Origin: a virus
Virus record (IMG/VR): IMGVR_UViG_3300033143_006513
Length of the DNA: 64,000 nucleotides
Reading direction: 5' to 3' (one strand)
Positions 48,947 through 57,510 of this stretch are shown here, in pieces. Under the pieces are notes generated by a model that saw only the letters and a program-made list of their open reading frames with translations, had not been told where the DNA came from and made no database searches. Position 1 is the first letter of the stretch; every line of letters begins with the position of its first letter. Position numbers and translations under genes: made by a program.

Positions 48947-49018
48947 AGTTATTTTTCCTCCAAAAATTATCTTAAACTGTCATCTATTATGAAAACAGTG
49001 AACTAAACTGCATACTAA

Positions 49019-52000
49019 TTAAGTACCATCATTTTTTATAATAAACTCAAACTCAAAAGGGTCCATAATATTTCCAGATAAATCTTTACATTCAACACGA
49101 ACTTTATAAGACCCGCCATTATAAAAATTGGTTGTTAAAGCATTAATGTTCGCTGGCAAATCACTTCTGTCTAATCCTACCCCAAAAATAGAAGCAGTTA
49201 AATCTTTACGTTTATATCTTTCTACTCTAACATACATACTTTCTGCAGAAAAACTTGGAAAAATATCAACATTGTTTTCGGCAAGCATTAACATTGGTAT
49301 AAGTTTTTCGTAATCATGTTTAAGGATATGATATAAATTATAATAATATCTTTTTCCATATTTCAAAAAATAAGAAGCAAGATTTATATCACCAACCGTA
49401 TTAACAGCACGTACTATAATCTCAACATATTCCAACGAACCAAGAGAAGCAATATCATAACACCATGAAACAGAATAACCACCAGAACCAGAAATAGTAT
49501 CAAATTGTAAACCAGTAACTGCATTACCAACCAAGGTGTCAGTATTCATATATACATCTATTCCACTTATAGTCACACCATAATGCTTATCATAAACATT
49601 AACACTAAAACAAAAATCACCGATAGTAAAATCATCAACACCCATATTAAAATTTTCTATCACTATTGTATTAAGTTTCACCTCAAAATTATAATTATTC
49701 ATATCAAGCAATGAACAATAAATATCATTATCATAACTTGCTAATGTACCACTAGTAGTTTGAACATCAAACAAATAATAAGGAGAAATACCAGACACGC
49801 TACAAAATACAGATGAGTTAAAATCAGCATACAACATATCAGAAACATTCACATCTGACATAAACCTCATTAAAATCCCACTACATGTTGATATCTCTAC
49901 ATTTTTATTGTTACAATCCATTACTGAACATATCACATTTGACTGATGTGGAAAATATTTCCAATTAGATAAAACAAAGTCAACCTCTATATTTTCATAA
50001 AAATCATTTTTAGATTCAACAACAAAATCTGTAAACATATTAATATGATAACCTTGTTCTAACTCTCCCAACCAAAAATCTACATAAACATCATCAAACC
50101 AAGAATCCATTACAGTATCAAAACAAAACTCTACTGGTTTAGATATAATACCACTACCAAACGCACCTCCCCAGGCAAACTCTACAGGTCTTAATAAATA
50201 AAGCGATTTCAATTCTGTTAAATCACCCTCATAACCGTATTCTACAGGAGTCGTGTCTATACCAAGAATAGTCGGCAACGCCGGTGTAAAATCCGTTACA
50301 ATATCTAAACAGTCGTCTTTTTTTAATCCCGCCGAAAAATCTACATCATAATTAATACTAAATTTATTAAAATCATTTACTTTTATTATATAATTTTTAT
50401 CTATTGTTTCTGTATCAGTACTTAAACGTAATACTGTATTATAATCTTGTTGCAAACCAAAATATTTAGTAAACATTTCGTCATAATTTAAATTAGAAAC
50501 ATACCAACTATTACCACCATCAAAAGAAGTAGAATATTTTATATATTGTTGAAAAATGTTTTCTTCTACATTATATATCTCTTCTATTCCTATCCCCGAT
50601 CCAACCGTTGTACTTATATCTTGATGACCTTGCACAGTATTATAAACCCTATAATTATCGTGATATCCAATAACGTTTTGATATTGCCAACTACAAAATC
50701 TCCAAAATTGTCCTGCTGGCATCTGATAAGAATAATCACCATAAACTGTTGGATTATCTTTCTCCCATACTTTCATATAAAAACCGTTAACATCATCAGC
50801 ACGTAACAACGCGACATACCAAACATTTATTTTAGCACTACTAATCAATGTTTTTGGGTAATAATAAGTACCGCTTACTCTATATTGAACTTGTATATTA
50901 CCTGAATTATCCTCCCTTATACACCACCTATCGGAAGAATTATCAAAAGCAGATATATGCCAAGAACTTGTTCCAGTCCGTAAAAATTCAATAGTTACTT
51001 CCATACCAGAAACAATATATTCATCAGTATAATAACTTCTCCAAGTATCATCCCCCCACATTTTTAATACATTTTCACCATTTAGATCGTATGGGACTGT
51101 TTGATATGAGTCAAATGTCCAATAAGAAGTATCTTTAGTATCAAAACTATCATAATGAATCATAAACTGGTATGTGTCTATACTCATATTTATGGTGACA
51201 GGGACAGAGGGGTCTTTATCATAATACATACAGATAATAGAATCACCAACAGGCACGCTATCAATACCGCTAACAACAACTACCACTATAGAATCATCAG
51301 TATTATTCCACACATCAATACAATAGGAAAACAAACAACCACTAATAGAAGTAAAACGAATGTCTGATCCATCAGGGTTAATATTATTATACGGGTTTCC
51401 TAAAACGGATGTAGATAAATTAATTAAAACTTGCTGATCTGATAAAGAATTGGCTCCAGAATTGGTTATAGTGATTGGCCTATAATATTTCCAACCATCA
51501 AATAAACAAATATTAGATTTAAAAATAGCCTCATCACCAGAAAATATAACTTCCGGCCAACTGGTTAAATAACCATTAGTCATACTATTATCATAACCAG
51601 ACTCACGAAAAAAATTACTATTATTATATATAGTATTATGTAAATAATATGAATACAAAGGAAGTTTTGACGGCAATAAAAATAAATCAAAAAAATAACC
51701 TTCGATAGAATAACCGCTAGAACCATTCCCGCCTAAACGTATTTCAGAAATACTAAATGTTTGTTTTATTACTAACTTTGTTAGTCCATTTATAACAATA
51801 TAAACATTTTCTCCGTCACACGTTATACTAAAAGTAGAACAAGTATCAAAATATAGTTTAGAACCGACAGTATATTCATTCCCATTAATTTTAGCAACTA
51901 AAAACCCATCTGAATATGCATACACATAATTATCAGACGAAAAATAAACAAAATAACCAGGACCAGATATTAAATAATAATTAAAAAATAAAGTAAAAGA

Positions 52001-52498
52001 AGATTTACTTATACTACAAGACACATATGTTGAACCACCAGTAACTTTAACAGCGTAAGTATCACAAATGGGTTGATGAAGTGCTGCGCTGTGGTTAGAA
52101 AAATTTGGACCAATTACAGAAACGAGATCTGTTTCACTTAAATAATTTATAATATATGCATCATCAAAAACATATTCTTCTGGTTCTCTAGGACCACAAA
52201 CATCTACACTACCAACACCATCATAATAAACAAACAAACTAGTATAATTTGTGTCATCAACTGATTCAACTCTTACATAGTATTCTACTTCGTTTGTCCC
52301 TGGAGAAAATTTCTTAGAAAAAAAACAAAGAACATTACTTTCAATATCAACAAAAGATATGTAATAATACTCAGTTAAATATGAAATTATTTGATTAGGT
52401 ATTTTGACAACTATGGCCTGGTTATAAGCATTATAACCAAAACCAGACGGTTTTATTAGTAATTCAAGTCTTTTTGAAAATTGAGGTAGATGCCACAT
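49019..52498 (-). CDS. DUF2341 and LamG-containing virion protein with stalk-like repeats and terminal Ig-like domain
   Basis: 1159 aa; clear DUF2341 pattern GWKYYRPITITN...QQVLINL...NPDGSDIRFT...Y.ID.WN...MYY; degenerate DUF2341 at the N-terminus; DLTASI/DLPANI repeats; C-terminal YKVRVECKDLSGN.M..FEF. Confidence 0.75.
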   Translation of the reverse strand: MWHLPQFSKRLELLIKPSGFGYNAYNQAIVVKIPNQIISYLTEYYYISFVDIESNVLCFFSKKFSPGTNEVEYYVRVESVDDTNYTSLFVYYDGVGSVDVCGPREPEEYVFDDAYIINYLSETDLVSVIGPNFSNHSAALHQPICDTYAVKVTGGSTYVSCSISKSSFTLFFNYYLISGPGYFVYFSSDNYVYAYSDGFLVAKINGNEYTVGSKLYFDTCSTFSITCDGENVYIVINGLTKLVIKQTFSISEIRLGGNGSSGYSIEGYFFDLFLLPSKLPLYSYYLHNTIYNNSNFFRESGYDNSMTNGYLTSWPEVIFSGDEAIFKSNICLFDGWKYYRPITITNSGANSLSDQQVLINLSTSVLGNPYNNINPDGSDIRFTSISGCLFSYCIDVWNNTDDSIVVVVVSGIDSVPVGDSIICMYYDKDPSVPVTINMSIDTYQFMIHYDSFDTKDTSYWTFDSYQTVPYDLNGENVLKMWGDDTWRSYYTDEYIVSGMEVTIEFLRTGTSSWHISAFDNSSDRWCIREDNSGNIQVQYRVSGTYYYPKTLISSAKINVWYVALLRADDVNGFYMKVWEKDNPTVYGDYSYQMPAGQFWRFCSWQYQNVIGYHDNYRVYNTVQGHQDISTTVGSGIGIEEIYNVEENIFQQYIKYSTSFDGGNSWYVSNLNYDEMFTKYFGLQQDYNTVLRLSTDTETIDKNYIIKVNDFNKFSINYDVDFSAGLKKDDCLDIVTDFTPALPTILGIDTTPVEYGYEGDLTELKSLYLLRPVEFAWGGAFGSGIISKPVEFCFDTVMDSWFDDVYVDFWLGELEQGYHINMFTDFVVESKNDFYENIEVDFVLSNWKYFPHQSNVICSVMDCNNKNVEISTCSGILMRFMSDVNVSDMLYADFNSSVFCSVSGISPYYLFDVQTTSGTLASYDNDIYCSLLDMNNYNFEVKLNTIVIENFNMGVDDFTIGDFCFSVNVYDKHYGVTISGIDVYMNTDTLVGNAVTGLQFDTISGSGGYSVSWCYDIASLGSLEYVEIIVRAVNTVGDINLASYFLKYGKRYYYNLYHILKHDYEKLIPMLMLAENNVDIFPSFSAESMYVRVERYKRKDLTASIFGVGLDRSDLPANINALTTNFYNGGSYKVRVECKDLSGNIMDPFEFEFIIKNDGT

Positions 52499-52509
52499 AG
52501 TGCTAAATC

Positions 52510-54084
52510 CTACGTGTACTGATAATGAAATGTAATAACAAAATCATAATTTCCTGGACTAAATATATCACTATTTATAGTAGAAATTCTAGGCCTTATT
52601 GATACCATATCACCAATTATATTTGGTTCACGAACATAGTATACTAAATTAAATTTTCCATAAAATAATTCATTACCTTTTATAGGAAAGTCTGATACAT
52701 AATCATACACATGTGGTATAGTAGTATTTTGTTGATCTTGTGTTGGCCATCCGCCAGATTCTGGAGATCTATAAACGCACGCTGCTATCTTACATAACTC
52801 TTCTTTAAGAACGGTATTCAAAACAGAACTGTGGGTACTATCATCCCAAGCCGTAATATAACAATTGTAAGCTTCGCCAAATTTTAACATTAAACATAAA
52901 GTATCAGTAAAATGAGAATCTTGTTTATCGTGAGGAAACCCATAAAATAAACCCTTATTCATTTCAACAGGACTAGGACTAACATCAACAACATAATCTC
53001 CAACAGAAGAACCAAACATACATATTGGGTAATCTTTTGTTTGGCCCGCCAAAATTATTTCGTTTACACTATCAGAATCTAAGTAGTCGTCCCAGTATTT
53101 TACATCATTAATACACCCTCTAAACGTAGAATTATAACCATACGTAGTATTCCCTATACAAAGATTACCAGAACCAACTGTCCCGCTAACCATTGAATTG
53201 TATGCTAAAAGGTTATTATTTTTGTATAAATAAAAACCATTACTTTGATCATATGATGCTACTATATTAACAAACGTGCCCGAAGATAATGTACCCCCAG
53301 TATCCGATTTATACTCAGCAACGTCTGTTTTTATAGAGTATGTTATAGTATTACTTTCTGAACAACCTACAGAAAAATATGTCCCGCTAGTTACAACATT
53401 AACAAAAGTAGAATTATAACCAAAACTATCAATACCTGTAGATGTAGTACCATAGTTATCAACATAAAAAGAAAAACAAAAATCCCCATCTAAAGAAAAA
53501 CCAACATCACTATAGATTAAATCATCACTATTTCCATTAAATTCAGGGGCATAAAAAGCAAAAGGAGGATAGTATACTGGAACCACGCCCCCAGAAGAAA
53601 CTAGATTAAAAGAATAAACAGAATCGGAAAAATTAGGGTAAGAAGAACCTTCTTCATTTAATTTCCACCAATTAGTAATATCTGGAGTTATTCGAGTTGC
53701 CTCAAACCTATTACCACTTACTGTAGGATTTGGAAACCATATACCTGATGCAACAACAGGTCTTCCGTTTAAATATACTTTGTCAAATGGTGTAGTTACT
53801 TTTTTTGCTATTCTAACTCTATCTGGACGGTAATCATCATAATCATATTGGTGTACTGTGCTTGGATAAGTAAAAGACTCATCTTGAGCACACGCAAATT
53901 TATACATCTTATTCCCAGATTCGTCTTCTAACCAGGTTCCCGTTTGGCACTCACCGGCCACAATGTGGGATCTACTACTAGCAGCTATTTCGTCATCCAT
54001 ATTAGGTGAAGTAAATACAAAACTAGGATTACTTATAGTTTTCCATCCATTTCTATTAAAATTAAGTGTAAATCCTACAGCCAT
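52510..54084 (-). CDS. LamG-domain virion protein with shared C-terminal 'FGEAY..AWDD..YT' module
   Basis: 524 aa; LamG (WWKLNE...FNG...GDFCFSFYV...NIVASYD...LYKN...LCIG...FRGCINDVKYWD..L); C-terminus aligns with ORF 1-3042; GAGGGG RBS. Confidence 0.75.
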   Translation of the reverse strand: MAVGFTLNFNRNGWKTISNPSFVFTSPNMDDEIAASSRSHIVAGECQTGTWLEDESGNKMYKFACAQDESFTYPSTVHQYDYDDYRPDRVRIAKKVTTPFDKVYLNGRPVVASGIWFPNPTVSGNRFEATRITPDITNWWKLNEEGSSYPNFSDSVYSFNLVSSGGVVPVYYPPFAFYAPEFNGNSDDLIYSDVGFSLDGDFCFSFYVDNYGTTSTGIDSFGYNSTFVNVVTSGTYFSVGCSESNTITYSIKTDVAEYKSDTGGTLSSGTFVNIVASYDQSNGFYLYKNNNLLAYNSMVSGTVGSGNLCIGNTTYGYNSTFRGCINDVKYWDDYLDSDSVNEIILAGQTKDYPICMFGSSVGDYVVDVSPSPVEMNKGLFYGFPHDKQDSHFTDTLCLMLKFGEAYNCYITAWDDSTHSSVLNTVLKEELCKIAACVYRSPESGGWPTQDQQNTTIPHVYDYVSDFPIKGNELFYGKFNLVYYVREPNIIGDMVSIRPRISTINSDIFSPGNYDFVITFHYQYT

Positions 54085-54096
54085 TTAATACCCCTC

Positions 54097-55149
54097 TTAT
54101 CTCCAATCCTCTAAATAAAGATTAACTACATTTTTATTTTTTAATAATTTGTTTATTGCTTGTTTCAATTGCTTTCTTTCTGGTAATAAATTCCCCGATT
54201 TTATATGTAATATTTTCCAACCACGAGATAGCAAAAACTTGTCTCTTTTGGCTTCTTGTTTCTCCTTTCCTTTATGCCAATATTGACAATCATATTCAAC
54301 AACAATTTTTTGGCTTTTTCTCATTATTGCCACATCAATACGGCGTCTGCCCTCTGGTTAATTGAGACTTCCACAAAGTAAGTTATTTAATTTTATTTGT
54401 GGTTTTGAAACTGGAGCACCGTTTATAAAATTTTTACAATAAGGACACCCATTCCCTTGATAAATAGCTGTATATGATGCCTTCCAGCTATGCCCGTTTC
54501 TACATTTCCACCAAGTCTTCATTTGTGTGGTTTTTGATAATATTTTACCTGTCCAATTAAAACCACAACTTTCTGCTAAATTACAATAATCTGTTTCAGT
54601 CTTTTTAAAACATACAGGACATCCATGTTTTTGTTTAATATCATGATAGCGTGCTTCCCATTTATGCCCATTCTTACATTCCCACTTCGTTTTTATATGT
54701 GTATTTTTAGGTAATTTTTCTCCAACCCAACTAATACCTCTATCTATTCCTACAATCTTATAATCTTCTTCAGTCTTTTTCCTACAAGATAAACATGCAC
54801 CTTTTTGCTGAATATCATTGTATTTTGCTTTCCATTGATAACCACAAATTTTGCATATCCACTGTGTTTTTGTAACTGTATTTTTAGGTAGTTTATTATC
54901 ATCCCAACCAATATGTTTATTATTTCCTACATTTCGATAATCTTTCCTTGTTTTTTTAATATGTTTAGAACAAAAAGGACACCCGGTTTTCATATAAATA
55001 TTTCCATAAGTAGCAGCCCACCGGTGCCCTCTTCTACATTCCCACCAAGTTTTAGTCCTAGTATTCTTTGGCAACACCTCGCCAACCCAGTCAAAACCAC
55101 GATTTTCAGCCAATTCGTGATAATCTTTTTCCATTTTTCTTTTTTTCAT
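54097..55149 (-). pseudogene. zinc-ribbon-repeat endonuclease paralog (copy 2) interrupted by an in-frame TAA
   Basis: Four repeats, then ...LCGSLN-TAA(54358-54360)-PEGRRRIDVAIMRKSQKIVVEYDCQYWH... in the same frame; both paralogs have Tyr (LNYPE) at this position. Confidence 0.85.
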
Positions 55150-55150
55150 T

Positions 55151-55585
55151 TTAATAAATTGCCCACTTCCACCTACTATTCATTTCAGCAGGAATAGGTT
55201 CTGTATATAATTTTACATCTCCTATCTTTTCGCCAGTAATAGGATTACTTCGCAATAAAATTTTATGTACGTATACTGTTCTATCTCCAAGCCCCCTTAC
55301 CTCGATACTATGAAAATTTTTATTACTCAACCCACCATTTTTATCAATTGACATACTTACTTCTATCATTGACAAATAAGCCCTGTATCGTGGTAAGTTT
55401 ATAATTTTTCCTGTTGATAAATGATAGCTGAGCCTGACAATTCCATTATCTAAATTGTCCCAACCAGTAATATCTAGTCCTGTACCCTTCACTACTCTAT
55501 CAATATATCTAGCAATAAAATAAGTAGTTTTGGGATCTACTTCGATTATTTTAGTGTATCTACCTCTTTTTATTATGTCTAACAT
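55151..55585 (-). CDS. hypothetical protein (144 aa) between two zinc-ribbon nuclease genes
   Basis: TAGGAGA RBS overlapping the upstream stop; 1-nt gap to the downstream ATG; weak similarity to ORF 45223-45540. Confidence 0.75.
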   Translation of the reverse strand: MLDIIKRGRYTKIIEVDPKTTYFIARYIDRVVKGTGLDITGWDNLDNGIVRLSYHLSTGKIINLPRYRAYLSMIEVSMSIDKNGGLSNKNFHSIEVRGLGDRTVYVHKILLRSNPITGEKIGDVKLYTEPIPAEMNSRWKWAIY

Positions 55586-55594
55586 GAAAATCTC

Positions 55595-56845
55595 CTAAAT
55601 CCAATCTTTTAAATATAAATTAACTACGCTTTTACCATTACTTTTTAATAGTTGATTAATTACTTGCTTTATTTGTTTTCTGGAAGGCAACAAAATTCCA
55701 GATTTTACATGTAAAACTTTCCACCCGCAAGAAATTAAAAACTTATCTCTTTTAGCATCATGTTCTTCTTTACCCCGATGCCAGTATTGACAATCGTATT
55801 CCACGGCAATTTTTTGGCTATTCCTCATTATAGCAATATCGATACGATATCTCTCTTCTGGATAATTTAAAATACCATAAAGTAAATTATTTAACTTTAT
55901 TTGTGGTTTTGATACTCTTTGTCCACTAACTATGTTTTTACAGTGAGGACACCCACTTCCCCCGCGTATGTTATGATATGTTGCTTCCCATAAGTGCCTT
56001 TTCCTACATTCCCATAAAGTTTTATAGTGTGTAGTTTTAGGTAATGTCTTTCCAACCCATAAAAAATTAAAACTATTAGCTAATTTGTTATAATCTTTTT
56101 CTATTTTTTTAACTCTATTAGCACAATATGGGCAGCCATTACCTCTACGTATGTTATCATAGGTTGCTAACCACTTATGTTTTTCTCTACACATCCACAA
56201 AGTTTTAATATTTGTATTCTTAGGTAATTCACTACTAATCCAACTAAACTTTCTATTTTCAGCTAATCTATAATAATCTTCTTTAATTTTTTTAGCATTT
56301 CCTGCACAATAAGGACATCCATAACCCTGTTTAATATCGTTATATCTTGCTAACCACCTATGCCCCTCACTACATTCCCATTGAGTTTTGGTTTTAACAC
56401 TTTTAGGTAAATTTTTACCAACCCATTTAAAACCATGTAATATAGCTAACCTATAATAATTACTACCAACTAATTTAACATGATTAGAACAATAAGGACA
56501 ACCTCCACCGCATTGTATCCTATTATAAGTAGATGTGAACTTATGTCCTTTACTACACTTCCATAAAGTATTAACATGAGTACTTTTTGGAAATGGGCCT
56601 AACCAGTATAACCCTCTTCTCTTTGCCAAATTATAATAGTTTTCTTCAATTAGTTTAATATGGTTAGAACAATAAGGACAACCTCTCCCCTGCTGTACTT
56701 TGTTATATGTAGATTTAAATTTATGGTTATTACCACATTCCCAGGCAGTTTTTGCTACAACGTTTAATGGTAATTCTAAACCTACCCATTTCAATCCCTT
56801 TTCTTTTGCTAAATCATGATAATCTTTTTCTATTTTCTTTGTCAT
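55595..56845 (-). CDS. zinc-ribbon-repeat protein with DUF559/Vsr-like endonuclease domain; putative homing endonuclease (copy 3)
   Basis: Five ~61-aa C..xH/GCPYC repeats plus IDIAI...KIAVEYDCQYWH...D.KRD..L...GWKVLHVK. Confidence 0.85.
   Translation of the reverse strand: MTKKIEKDYHDLAKEKGLKWVGLELPLNVVAKTAWECGNNHKFKSTYNKVQQGRGCPYCSNHIKLIEENYYNLAKRRGLYWLGPFPKSTHVNTLWKCSKGHKFTSTYNRIQCGGGCPYCSNHVKLVGSNYYRLAILHGFKWVGKNLPKSVKTKTQWECSEGHRWLARYNDIKQGYGCPYCAGNAKKIKEDYYRLAENRKFSWISSELPKNTNIKTLWMCREKHKWLATYDNIRRGNGCPYCANRVKKIEKDYNKLANSFNFLWVGKTLPKTTHYKTLWECRKRHLWEATYHNIRGGSGCPHCKNIVSGQRVSKPQIKLNNLLYGILNYPEERYRIDIAIMRNSQKIAVEYDCQYWHRGKEEHDAKRDKFLISCGWKVLHVKSGILLPSRKQIKQVINQLLKSNGKSVVNLYLKDWI
55934..56845 (-). 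repeat. 5 tandem ~183-nt zinc-ribbon repeats
   Basis: Same unit as 24791-25708; copy 2 carries four such units at 54430-55149. Confidence 0.9.
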
Positions 56846-56859
56846 TATTACTAACCCTA

Positions 56860-57504
56860 TTATGAGTACAAGTATCGAAGACTTAAAACCGGAGTAGAAA
56901 CAAAAGTTGATGAATCATGTTGTATCTCTATACATATATTAAAATATAAAACAGTATCCGAAACAGATGAAACATTCGATAGCTCAATACGATCACTATA
57001 CCCTCTTAATGATGTAGCAGAGGTATGCCAAAAATCCCCTGGGTAATCATAAGTAGTTGTCTTTGCTTTTATAAAAGACACGCCACCATTAGATAATGTC
57101 CCAGACAGTACGGGAAGATTGGTTGTTGTATGCGTAGAGTCGTCCCACGCTTCAAGGTATAACTTACTGGTTATACTTCCACCTATATAGATCGCAAACA
57201 CATGCTTATAATTATGACATCCCGCCAAGGGTACACCATACATATAATCATCATATTCAATAAAAGTATATGGAACAACAGTACTTCCAAATTCAGGTCT
57301 TATTGTAGCAGATCTTGTTCCAGAGACGTATGTTCCACTACTGCTCATATCCTCAATACCGCCCCCAGTAAAAACAATAGTGCCATTACATGTTCCACTA
57401 ATTACAGGATCAAAATTATCATCTGAAGCACCGCCGTTTGCCCACGTATATTCAACATCGTTCGCAGTTGAATTATATAAAAGTTTTATAGTTGGATGCG
57501 ACAT
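56860..57504 (-). CDS. small virion protein carrying the AWDD.TH module (possible minimal fibre/core subunit)
   Basis: 214 aa; LYLEAWDDSTHTTTN matches the module in ORFs 1-3042 and 52510-54084; ends LRYLYS; GGGGAG RBS-like site. Confidence 0.6.
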   Translation of the reverse strand: MSHPTIKLLYNSTANDVEYTWANGGASDDNFDPVISGTCNGTIVFTGGGIEDMSSSGTYVSGTRSATIRPEFGSTVVPYTFIEYDDYMYGVPLAGCHNYKHVFAIYIGGSITSKLYLEAWDDSTHTTTNLPVLSGTLSNGGVSFIKAKTTTYDYPGDFWHTSATSLRGYSDRIELSNVSSVSDTVLYFNICIEIQHDSSTFVSTPVLSLRYLYS

Positions 57505-57510
57505 ACTCCC

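Noticed and set aside
54097-54333. 78-aa ORF as an independent gene
   Set aside because: It is the in-frame nuclease half of the gene interrupted at 54358-54360; its GTG start is internal to the conserved IDVAI motif.
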